DNA of 18,359 nucleotides from Tubiluchus corallicola (Eukaryota; Animalia; Priapulida): NCBI GenBank assembly GCA_030141605.1, contig JAQGDQ010001996.1, positions 1 to 18,359 of the forward strand, read 5' to 3'. Shown piece by piece: positions 1 to 10,293 of this stretch (position 1 is its first letter; each line of letters starts with the position of its first letter). The notes under the pieces were generated by a model. It saw only the letters and a program-made list of their open reading frames with translations, ran no database searches and was not told where the DNA came from. The position numbers and the translations under genes were made by a program.

Positions 1-660
1 CACATTGCAAGTTATTAGTATACACAGTCAGGCACATATATAGGCAGTTAAGAAGTTTATGCTTATCAGCTGTGCAAATTACAAAGTATGTACCTGGTAA
101 TCAGTGAAATATCAAACTTACCAAATGTCAGTTGTCGGTCATCAGGACAGTCAGCTGTCCCGGTTGTCAAGTGACTCAGATGAAAAATATTTGCAATGTA
201 TTTGAGTTAGAGAATTAATGTCAATGCATGTACAATTATGTGAAGGATTTTAGGTTATTTTATTACTTCAGTGTTCTCTCATTCTGTGAACCCCCTTATA
301 CTGTCCGTTTAACTGCATTCGTATGTATGTCTTGACTTGGCTTCTTTCTGTCATGCTCTACTGACAGAGCTAGTTTACCTGGTTAGTTGGCAGTCTGTTC
401 TTGGCTAAGAGAGTCGTTGTTGTTGTTTGTCTCAGTTAAACCATTTATTTGTCAAGAGTAGTAGAGCCATGATGTAAGTTTATTCAGTCTCACTTTATTA
501 TTAATTTCTTTGTTTCTTTTTTGGCTCAAATTAGTTTGTTGTATTTTTGTTATGTTTTTTCTTACAGATAAAACGTAATAAAGTTTCGCCAGTAATAATG
601 AATTTTTTGACTTTGGGCATCATGGAGTAGTAGTCTCTCACAATGGCGTTTTGGTTTATC

Positions 661-1598
661 ACAGTAAAGGTTAACAAGGGGACCGTCCATACTACAAACT
701 GTTCATACAGTAGCCACAGTTTAGGTTAACAAGGGGACCGTCCATACTACAAACTGTTCATACAGTAGCTATAGTAAAGGTTAACAAGGGGACCGTCCAT
801 ACTACAAACTGTTGATGCAGTAGCCACAGTGAAGGTTAACAAGGGGACCGTCCATACTACAAACTGTTCATACAGTAGCTATAGTAAAGGTTAACAAGGG
901 GACCGTCCATACTACAAACTATTCATACAGTAGCCACAGTGAAGGTTAACAAGGGGACCGTCCATACTACAAACTGTTCATACAGTAGCCACAGTAAAGG
1001 TTAACAAGCGGACCGTCCATACTACAAACTGTTCATACAGTAGTCACAGTAAAGGTTAACAAGGGGACTGTCCATACTACAAACTATTCATACAGTAACT
1101 ACAGTAAAGGTTAACAAGGGGACCGTCCACACTACAAACTGTTCATACAGTAGTCACAGTAAAGATTAACAAGGGGACCGTCCCTACTACAAACTATTCA
1201 TACAGTAGCCACAGTAAAGGTTAACAAGGGGACCGTCCATACTACAAACTGTTCATACAGTAGCCACAGTAAAGGTTAACAAGGGGACCGTCCATACTAC
1301 AAACTGTTCATACAGTAGTCACAGTAAAGATTAACAAGGGGACAGTCCCTACTTCAAACTGTTCATACAGTAGCCACAGTAAAGGTTAACAAGGGGACCG
1401 TCCATACTACAAACTGTTCATACAGTAGCCACAGTAAAGGTTAACAAGGGGACCGTCCATACTACAAACTGTTCATACAGTAGCCACAGTTTAGGTTAAC
1501 AAGGGGACCGTCCATACTACAAACTGTTCATACAGTACCTACAGTAAAGGTTAACAAGGGGACCGTCCATACTATAAACTCTTCATACAGTAGCTACA
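661..1598. repeat. Minisatellite, 17 tandem copies of a 55-bp unit
   Basis: Unit ACAGTAAAGGTTAACAAGGGGACCGTCCATACTACAAACTGTTCATACAGTAGCC starts at 661, 716, 771 ... 1541 at exact 55-bp spacing. Only substitutions, no indels, no unique spacers. Confidence 0.98.
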
Positions 1599-1833
1599 AG
1601 CGCCGTGCAGTTTATTTTAATACGCTAAGGTATCTATCATACACAAGTTTGTTACCTTTGGCATTTAAAGATGTTAAATCAAACATTTACATACAGATAA
1701 ACAAGTTATGAGTCTTCATGTAATATCTTAGTTCTACCCAGTAAATGTTTACCTCTGCTTATGTCAACTAAACCTATTATGCTATTAACATTTACACTGT
1801 AACCCGCTGTAGTACAATTTAAGGTAATAATAC

Positions 1834-2265
1834 TGTTGTTGGCATCCTTCTGTTTCGGAAGACAATGGAGTCTGCGCTTGAACCATTGGAGTGGCCTCTC
1901 CAGGGCGCACGCCTGGGCAAAGTGTATGGCGATCCTGAGTTGCCCAGAGACAACAGGAACCCCCTCTCTTCCTCGCTGCTGTAGTCCAAAGGAAAGCGGA
2001 GCGATACGTTTGGCACCAGGTTGGCTGCAGGAGCTGCCAGAGTCAGTGAGCATGCTGCACTGGTCCGCCTTCGGGGCTCCACTCCTGATTTGGAAGGTTT
2101 ACTCTTCTACACATTGCCGTTGGGTCACTTGACCTCCTCCGCCCTCTAGCCGTCGGCTGCTTGTGCAGCTCCTCGGCCTACAGTCGAGATACAGTGTTGG
2201 TATCCCGCAAGCCTACAGCACCTGGTATTCCTAGGCGGTCACTCATCCAAGTACTAACCAGGCTC
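1834..2265 (-). mobile_element. 5'-truncated SINE3-like (5S rRNA-headed) non-autonomous retroposon, body possibly RTE-derived
   Basis: On the minus strand the 3' half of 5S rRNA runs, with no T-run terminator, into a ~370-bp body much more GC-rich than its flanks. The body ends in GGATGCCAACAACA. Body motifs (GAGTAAACC..GGAGTGGAGCCCCGAAGGC, CTGGCAGCTCCTGCAGCC..CTGGTGCCAAACGTATCG..TTCCTTTGGA) resemble RTE-related SINE bodies as I recall them; not verified by search. No clean TSD. Confidence 0.7.
2209..2265 (-). rRNA. Partial 5S rRNA-derived sequence (3' ~57 nt); not a complete gene
   Basis: Minus strand reads GAGCCTGGTTAGTACTTGGATGAGTGACCGCCTAGGAATACCAGGTGCTGTAGGCTT, matching approximately nt 64-120 of metazoan 5S rRNA with a few substitutions. 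It includes the box C region. The 5' half is absent. Confidence 0.92.
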
Positions 2266-2504
2266 TTATAATAGTGTATGAAAGTGCAAAATAATACAAT
2301 AATGAACAGTTGTCTGCTTCGTTAACAATTGACAGTCGGAATACAGTGTTTCCTCATTGAGTGAACTTCCGGGAAGTAGGGACACTACACTTATTTAATA
2401 CTTACACGTCTGGGTGGCATCGTAGGGCTTGAAAAATTCAGTCTCTAACGAAAATTTCACAAATTACAAGAGTTAAGCACGAAAGTGTTAAACCATTTCC
2501 AACC

Positions 2505-2894
2505 ATGAAACTTGAAAACGTGATCATCGCTTGTGGTGTAAATGACATAAGACGGCTAGCGCAAAAGTGCGGCGAGGTTGGACAACATATCGACAAAGAA
2601 TCAGCAGTTAGAGACATCATTACAATTGCAGACAATTGTGCAAAAAACAATGCAAGTAAGTTTAAAGCTGCAAACATTTTTATTTGTAATATACCGCTGA
2701 CTTCAAAAAGTAAGCATTTTAACGCAAAACCATGTAATATATTTCTGACAAACGAGCTTATACGCTCTTTCAATGATGATCTAGTCTATTTAGCTAACAA
2801 AGAGGACTATTTATTGCGCAACATTCAAAGTCATTTTTTAGCCGAAGGGTTAATGGCAAGAGACAGAATGACTAAGCTTATGTTTACACAATGA
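2505..2894 (+). pseudogene. SGNH/GDSL esterase-like domain fragment, typical of LINE ORF1
   Basis: NVIIACGVND matches SGNH block III (hydrophobic strand + GxND) and is followed by a helix and the IFICNIP strand. The catalytic DxxH is missing (ARDRM). A block II-like VWVAS*GLK lies upstream in another frame with a stop. Confidence 0.65.
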
Positions 2895-3199
2895 TCCTAA
2901 GCGTCGGTACGTGAAAACAAGACGCAAGTCAATGTTCCATACAAACCCATCCCAGCTATTGATACTTATAATCTTTATGTCAACATTATTATTAATGATG
3001 ACAAGGTCTAAGATCCATTGGTTTTGCACATGTTTTTGTTCAACACGGTGACTATCATCTCATGTTTAACGAGGATCTGTGAATTTTGTAATTGTAAACG
3101 TCAGTCATTATTCCTGACTTCACTAAATTTTGATTTAAAAGCGTTTTTTACCTTTTTCTATTCGTAATTGGGAGGGGGCGCCACAAGTGAAATTGCCCA

Positions 3200-3511
3200 G
3201 TGACTATCACATTTATGTTTAACGGTCACGATAACGGTCATCCAGTATTACCGAATTGTAACTGTGGATTTCGAATTCAGTCTGTTGAACACTTTTTGTT
3301 GCACTGCCCATTGTATCAACTAGCTAGGATTGTTATGTTTGATAAACTAAATGAAATACTTCTGCCCGAAAACCTTAATATAGCTGCCTTAGGAAATAAT
3401 GATCTGTTGAAGTTGTTATTATTCGGAAAAGATGAATTTAATTATGTTGCTAACTGTAAAATATTCCAATGTATACATGACTTTATATTACGTACTAAAC
3501 GCTTCCAGTAG
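3200..3511 (+). pseudogene. C-terminal CCHC zinc-finger region of a non-LTR retrotransposon ORF2 (RT polyprotein)
   Basis: CNCGFRIQSVEHFLLHCPLY (Cx1Cx8Hx4C, with EHFLLxCPxY), then LLFG...N..IF..I..FI..TKRF and a stop. This is a characteristic LINE ORF2 end. No endonuclease or RT domain upstream; the GTG start is not real. Confidence 0.85.
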
Positions 3512-3576
3512 TTTCTGATATGAAATGGATCAGTCTGGAATATTCGTAGATTAATATTTTCTAACCGTCATTTTCT

Positions 3577-5718
3577 ACTAATGTCTAATGTAATCTTGTA
3601 GCAAAACTTGTCAGATTGTGTAGTTATAGTCTATTCTTACAGCAAATGTTACTAATATCTAAAGTAATCTTGTAGTAAAACTTGTCAGATTGTGTAGTTT
3701 TAGTCTATTCTTACTGTAAATGTTACTAATGTCTAATGTAATCTTGTAGTAAAACTTGTCAGCTTGTGTAGTTATAGTCTATTCTTACTGCAAATGTTAC
3801 TAATATCTAATGTAATCTTGTAGTGAAACTTGTCAGATTGTGTAGTTATAGTCTATTCTTACTGCAAATGTTACTAATATCTAAAGTAATCTTGTAGTAA
3901 AACTTGTCAGATTGTGTAGTTTTAGTCTATTCTTACTGTAAATGTTACTAATGTCTAATGTAATCTTGTAGTAAAACTTGTCAGCTTGTGTAGTTATAGT
4001 CTATTCTTACTGTAAATGTTACTAATGTCTAATGTAATCTTGTAGTAAAACTTGTCAGCTTGTGTAGTTATAGTCTATTCTTACTGTAAATGTTACTAAT
4101 GTCTAATGTAATCTTGTAGTAAAACTTGTCAGCTTGTGTAGTTATAGTCTATTCTTACTGTAAATGTTACTAATGTCTAATGTAATCTTGTAGTAAAACT
4201 TGTCAGCTTGTGTAGTTATAGTCTATTCTTACTGCAAATGTTACTAATATCTAATGTAATCTTGTAGTGAAACTTGTCAGATTGTGTAGTTATAGTCTAT
4301 TCTTACTGCAAATGTTACTAATATCTAATGTAATCTTGTAGTAAAACTTGTCAGATTGTGTAGTTATAGTCTATTCTTACTGTAAATGTTACTAATATCT
4401 AATGTAATCTTGTAGTGAAACTTGTCAGATTGTGTAGTTATAGTCTATTCTTACTGCAAATGTTACTAATATCTAATGTAATCTTGTAGTAAAACTTGTC
4501 AGATTGTGTAGTTATAGTCTATTCTTACTGCAAATGTTACTAATATCTAATGTAATCTTGTAGTAAAACTTGTCAGCTTGTGTAGTTATAGTCTATTCTT
4601 ACTGCAAATGTTACTAATATCTAATGTAATCTTGTAGTGAAACTTGTCAGATTGTGTAGTTATAGTCTATTCTTACTGCAAATGTTACTAATATCTAATG
4701 TAATCTTGTAGTAAAACTTGTCAGCTTGTGTAGTTATAGTCTATTCTTACTGTAAATGTTACTAATATCTAATGTAATCTTGTAGTAAAACTTGTCAGCT
4801 TGTGTAGTTATAGTCTATTCTTACTGCAAATGTTACTAATATCTAATGTAATCTTGTAGTAAAACTTGTCAGCTTGTGTAGTTATAGTCTATTCTTACTG
4901 CAAATGTTACTAATATCTAATGTAATCTTGTAGTAAAACTTGTCAGCTTGTGTAGTTATAGTCTATTCTTACTGTAAATGTTACTAATATCTAATGTAAT
5001 CTTGTAGTAAAACTTGTCAGCTTGTGTAGTTATAGTCTATTCTTACTGCAAATGTTACTAATATCTAATGTAATCTTGTAGTAAAACTTGTCAGCTTGTG
5101 TAGTTATAGTCTATTCTTACTGCAAATGTTACTAATATCTAATGTAATCTTGTAGTAAAACTTGTCAGCTTGTGTAGTTATAGTCTATTCTTACTGTAAA
5201 TGTTACTAATATCTAATGTAATCTTGTAGTAAAACTTGTCAGCTTGTGTAGTTATAGTCTATTCTTGTAAATGTTACTAATGTCTAATGTAATCTTGTAG
5301 TAAAACTTGTCAGTTGTGTAGTTATAGTCTATTCTTACTGCAAATGTTACTAATATCTAATGTAATCTTGTAGTAAAACTTGTCAGCTTGTGTAGTTATA
5401 GTCTATTCTTACTGCAAATGTTACTAATATCTAATGTAATCTTGTAGTAAAACTTGTCAGCTTGTGTAGTTATAGTCTATTCTTACTGCAAATGTTACTA
5501 ATATCTAATGTAATCTTGTAGTAAAACTTGTCAGATTGTGTAGTTATAGTCTATTCTTACTGCAAATGTTACTAATATCTAATGTAATCTTGTAGTAAAA
5601 CTTGTCAGCTTGTGTAGTTATAGTCTATTCTTACTGCAAATGTTACTAATATCTAATGTAATCTTGTAGTAAAACTTGTCAGCTTGTGTAGTTATAGTCT
5701 ATTCTTACTGGAAATGTT
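3577..5718. repeat. Minisatellite, 29 tandem copies of a 74-bp unit
   Basis: Unit ACTAATATCTAATGTAATCTTGTAGTAAAACTTGTCAGCTTGTGTAGTTATAGTCTATTCTTACTGCAAATGTT starts at 3577, 3651 ... 5205. One 71-bp unit (5205) and one 73-bp unit (5276); last unit starts at 5645. Confidence 0.98.
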
Positions 5719-5848
5719 TTTATAAATAGTGTATAAAGTCTGTTGTGGTAAGGATCCTAAATCATGTTGCTCAAACTGTCTGATCCAATCCTAATTAAAT
5801 TATGTTTAAATTAACTAAGAAGGCACGATAACTTCAAGTGTTTCGGGA

Positions 5849-5893
5849 AAGTGTGGTGCATTTCAAGTGTGGTGCATTTCAAGTGTGGTGCAC
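5849..5893. repeat. Short tandem repeat, ~2.8 x 16 bp
   Basis: AAGTGTGGTGCATTTC at 5849 and 5865, partial copy at 5881. Confidence 0.9.
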
Positions 5894-6010
5894 TTTATCT
5901 ACGGTTTTAAGCTCCGCTTTCTAGTCCTTGTGGATAAATTAAATAAACGGTTCACAAGTAACTTGGCAGTTTGTTCAGCAACACTTAGATGAACTGTCAT
6001 TACATAAGAT

Positions 6011-6021
6011 ATAGATAGGTT

Positions 6022-6106
<85 letters not shown>

Positions 6107-6226
6107 GTAGGTAGGTAGGTAGGTAGGTAGGTAGGTAGGTAGGTAGGTAGGTAGGTAGGTAGGTAGGTAGGTAGTAGGTAGGTAGGTAGGTAGGTAGGTA
6201 GGTAGGTAGGTAGGTAGGTAGGTAGG

Positions 6227-6279
<53 letters not shown>

Positions 6280-8240
6280 GCATGCATGCATGGATGGATG
6301 GATGGATGGATGGATGGATGGATGGATGGATGGATGGATGGATGGATGGATGGATGGATGCCTAGCTAGCTAGCTAGCTAGCTACATACATACATACAGT
6401 ACGTACGTACGTACGTACATACATACATACATACATACATACATACATACATACATACATACATACATACATACATACATACATGGATGGATGGATGGAT
6501 GGATGGATGGATGGATGGATGGATGGATGGATGGATGGATGGATGGATGGATGGATGGATGGATGGATGGATGGATGGATGGATGGATGGATGGGTGGAT
6601 GGGTGGATAGGTAGATAGGTAGATAGACAGCTAGACAGCTAGACAGCTAGATACATACATACATACATACATACATACATACATACATACATACATACAT
6701 ACATACATACCTACCTACCTACCTACCTACCTACCTACCTACCTACCTACCTACCTACCTACCTACCTACCTACCTACCTACCTACCTACCTACATACAT
6801 ACATACATACATACATACATACATACATACATACATACATACATACATACATACATACATACATACATACATACCTACATACATACATACATACATACAT
6901 ACATACGTACGTACGTACATACATACATACATACATACATACATACATACATACATACGTACATACATACATACATACATACATACATACATACATACAT
7001 AGGTACATACATACGTACATACATACATACATACATACATACATACATACATACATACATACATACATACATACATACATACATACATACATACATACAT
7101 ACATACATACATTTATACATACATACATACATACATACATACATACATACATACATACATACATACATACATACATACATACATACATACATACATACAT
7201 ACATACATGCATGCATGCATGCATGCATGCATACTTACATACATACATACATACATGCATACATACATACATGCATGCATACATACATACATACATACAT
7301 ACATACATACATACATACATACATACATACATACATACATACATACATACATACATACATACATACATACATACATACATACATACATACATACATACAT
7401 ACATACATACATACATGGATGGATGGATGGATGGATGGATGGATGGATGGATGGATGGATGGATGGATGGATGGATGGATGGATGGATGGATGGATGGAT
7501 GGATGGATGGATAGATGGATAGGTGGATAGGTAGATAGGTATAGATAGACAGCTAGACAGCTAGACCGCTAGATACATACATACATACATACATACATAC
7601 ATACATACATACATACATACATACATACATACATACATACATACATACATACATACATACATACATACATACATACATACATACATACATACATACATAC
7701 ATACATACATACATACATACATACATACATGGATGGATGGATGGATGGATGGATGGATGGATGTATGTATGGATGGATGGATGGATGGATGGATGGATGG
7801 ATGGATGGATGGATGGATGGATGGATGGATGGATGGATGGATGGATGGATGGATGGATAGATGGATAGGTGGATAGGTAGATAGGTATAGATAGACAGCT
7901 AGACAGCTAGACCGCTAGATACATACATACATACATACATACATACATACATACATACATACATACATACATACATACATACATACATACATACATACAT
8001 ACATACATACATACATACATACATACATACATGGATGGATGGATGGATGGATGGATGGATGGATGGATGGATGGATGGATGGATGGATGGATGGATGGAT
8101 GGATGGATGGATGGATGGATGGATGGACGGACGGACGGACGGACGGACGGACGGACGGACGGACGGACGGACGGACGGACGGACGGACGGACGGACGGAC
8201 GGACGGACGGACGGACAGACAGACAGACAGATAGATAGAT
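6011..8240. repeat. Compound tetranucleotide microsatellite (GATA, GGTA, GCAT, GGAT, GCTA, CATA, CGTA, CCTA, GGAC, GACA)
   Basis: Directly visible blocks. They explain all ORFs listed between 5899 and 8386. Confidence 0.99.
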
Positions 8241-8768
8241 ATTTTATTTCTGAAATTCAAATTTCTAACAGGAAAATTACAAACTCGACGCATATCCGAT
8301 GGTTTTATCAGCGGGCAGAGCTCGGGTAATGATTTCCAGATCATACTAACAATTTGACTCAACATAGCTGCACAAGGTTTATACACAGATATACAAATTT
8401 AGTTGTAAACTCTATGAAGCGAAAAAACTATTAACTAAGCATATGTACACATGTGACAAACAAATATTTTACCTATATGATAATCACAGTGATGCGGTTA
8501 TATGTCCGCTAAGAAAGCTATACTATTTAATTCAAAAATCTATGCATACAGTCGTAAATGAAATTTCCAATTGACATTAATGCTCCATCAAATAAATTTG
8601 CAATATTACTATAATTTAACGCGTACAGTGATCTATAAAGTGCATTTTCATGGCACTATATTGTCACTACAGCAGATTGCCAAGTTTTTAGTACAATTTC
8701 CGAAGGTTGAGAAAAGTGCTAGATGACTTGGCCGTACAGAATGACACAAAAATTATAATTTTCATATA

Positions 8769-9472
8769 TACAAAAAATCTAATTTTCAGATACAGATACA
8801 AAAAATCTAATTTTCAGATACAGATACAAAAAATCTAATTTTCAGATACAAAAATTCAAATTTTCAGATACAAAAAATCTAATTTTCAGATACAGATACA
8901 AAAAATCTAATTTTCAGATACAAAAATTCAAATTTTCAGATACAAAAAATCTAATTTTCAGATACAAAAATCAAATTTTCAGATACAAAAGAATCAAATT
9001 TTCAAGATACAAAAAATCTAATTTTCAGATACAAAAGAATCAAATTTTCAGATACAAAAAATCTAATTTTCAGATACAAAAATTCAAATTTTCAGATACA
9101 AAAAATCTAATTTTCAGATACAAAAAATCTAATTTTCAGATACAAAAGAATCAAATTTTCAGATACAAAAAATCTAATTTTCAGATACAAAAATTCAAAT
9201 TTTCAGATACAAAAAATCTAATTTTCAGATACAAAAAATCTAATTTTCAGATACAAAAAATCTAATTTTCAGATACAAAAGAATCAAATTTTCAGATACA
9301 AAAAATCCAATTTTCAGATACAAAAATTCAAATTTTCAGATACAAAAAATCTAATTTTCAGATACAAAAATTCAAATTTTCAGATACAAAAAATCTAATT
9401 TTCAGATACAAAAAATCTAATTTTCAGATACAAAAGAATCAAATTTTCAGATACAAAAGAATCAAATTTTCA
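8769..9472. repeat. AT-rich minisatellite, ~31 copies of a 22-23-bp unit
   Basis: Variants TACAAAAAATCTAATTTTCAGA, TACAAAAATTCAAATTTTCAGA and TACAAAAGAATCAAATTTTCAGA. A few early units carry an extra TACAGA, and a degenerate unit lies just upstream (~8744). Confidence 0.97.
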
Positions 9473-9856
9473 ATGAGTAACCATATTGGATTAATTCAAG
9501 GCTTGTCGCTACGAATTTGCCCATTTAATCGTTTCTTTCTGGTGACTTTTTACGTTGCGATAATTCAGTTAAACTCGTGATTAATTACTTCATTGAATAC
9601 ACTTCATTGTGGTCCTTTACACGTTTTATGTTGGCTTCCCCTAATTTCCGTAACAGGTTTAATACTCTCACTCTTTAAGTAGAAACAGTTCATTCACAGA
9701 CCCAATTGACATTTCGCTTTGATACGTTATTATCGTCTAATCCGGATTTAGAGAGAAATCGTGATAAAACAGAATGAATCCGAACTTTATCTACGATTGG
9801 GATACATATTTCGCACCTGAACCGGATATTGAGAATGAAACCACTAACAAACAATA

Positions 9857-9896
9857 TGTGACGTAAGACAGAAGCCAGCGCGCGTCTTCATAAGAG
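9857..9896 (+). promoter_or_regulatory. Putative proximal promoter: CRE-like site plus non-canonical TATA
   Basis: TGACGTAA at 9859-9866 (7/8 match to CRE TGACGTCA), a CpG run GCGCGCG, and CATAAGAG at 9889-9896, 70-100 bp upstream of the ATG at 9963. Confidence 0.4.
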
Positions 9897-9962
9897 AGGA
9901 TTGTTCTCGCTGACCACGTACATAATCGGCTCCAGTCACCAGCACTACGTTAACAAACAACC

Positions 9963-10079
9963 ATGTTGCCTATGATACTGGTATCCTTGACGGTGGCGTT
10001 GATGATGGTAGTAGAAGCAGCTGTGATACCAAATTCACAAAGGGACAAGGATTTCAACACAGAAAGATTCTCAGATCAG
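9963..10079 (+). CDS. Probable first coding exon (39 aa) of an unidentified secreted protein or peptide precursor
   Basis: Good start context AACAACCATG. Translation MLPMILVSLTVALMMVVEA-AVIPNSQRDKDFNTERFSDQ gives a hydrophobic signal peptide with a V-E-A cleavage site and then a charged segment. It ends at CAG|GTAGGA (phase-0 donor), after which the sequence becomes T-rich and intron-like. Confidence 0.7.
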
Positions 10080-10293
10080 GTAGGAATTCGTATGACAGAC
10101 AGCCCATTGTGCATATACTTCTTTCTCTATAAGTGGCCTGCTAATTTTTCTGTCTCTTTTTTCTTCGAATCGATGAGTTTTATTTCTTCTCTTTTCCTTC
10201 AACTTTACCTTTTTTCTGCTTCTGGTATTTTCCTTTTTGTTCTGATACTTTGTCGTTGTACCTTATATTTTTCTAATTTTGTCTTTTGTCTTT

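Larger units (their letters stand above)
2400..5810 (+). mobile_element. Decayed non-LTR retrotransposon (CR1/L2-group or RTEX-like) remnant(s): ORF1 piece, ORF2 C-terminus, 3' UTR with array
   Basis: Same-strand, correctly ordered esterase-like ORF1 fragment (2505-2894), ORF2 C-terminus (3200-3511), UTR, and a terminal segment with a GGATC/GATCC stem and ATTAAATTATGTTTAAA (5752-5810). Boundaries are approximate and it may be two separate insertions. Confidence 0.6.

Noticed and set aside
118-210. Possible minus-strand exon (HLTTGTADCPDDRQLTF) ending at a G|GTAAGT donor
   Set aside because: No convincing acceptor, very short, and no recognisable homology.
1706-2132. Three overlapping ORFs of 87-115 aa
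   Set aside because: They arise from the GC-rich SINE body and show no protein motifs.
2209-2265. Functional 5S rRNA gene
   Set aside because: The 5' half including most of box A is missing, and there is no oligo-T terminator.
1824-2275. TSD for the SINE (TAATAATACT versus TTATAATAGT)
   Set aside because: Only 7/10 identity in AT-rich sequence; not distinguishable from chance.
2438-2773. 111-aa minus-strand ORF
   Set aside because: Antisense shadow of the esterase-like ORF.
3170-3184. GGGAGGGGGCGCCAC as a CTCF site
   Set aside because: Only the 3' half matches; the CCASY part is absent.
661-5718. 55-bp and 74-bp arrays as CRISPR arrays
   Set aside because: Units are head-to-tail with no unique spacers, there are no cas genes, and the context is eukaryotic.
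5899-8386. Many ORFs with IYLS, MYVC, MDGW or TDGR repeats
   Set aside because: Translations of tetranucleotide microsatellites, open in several frames at once.
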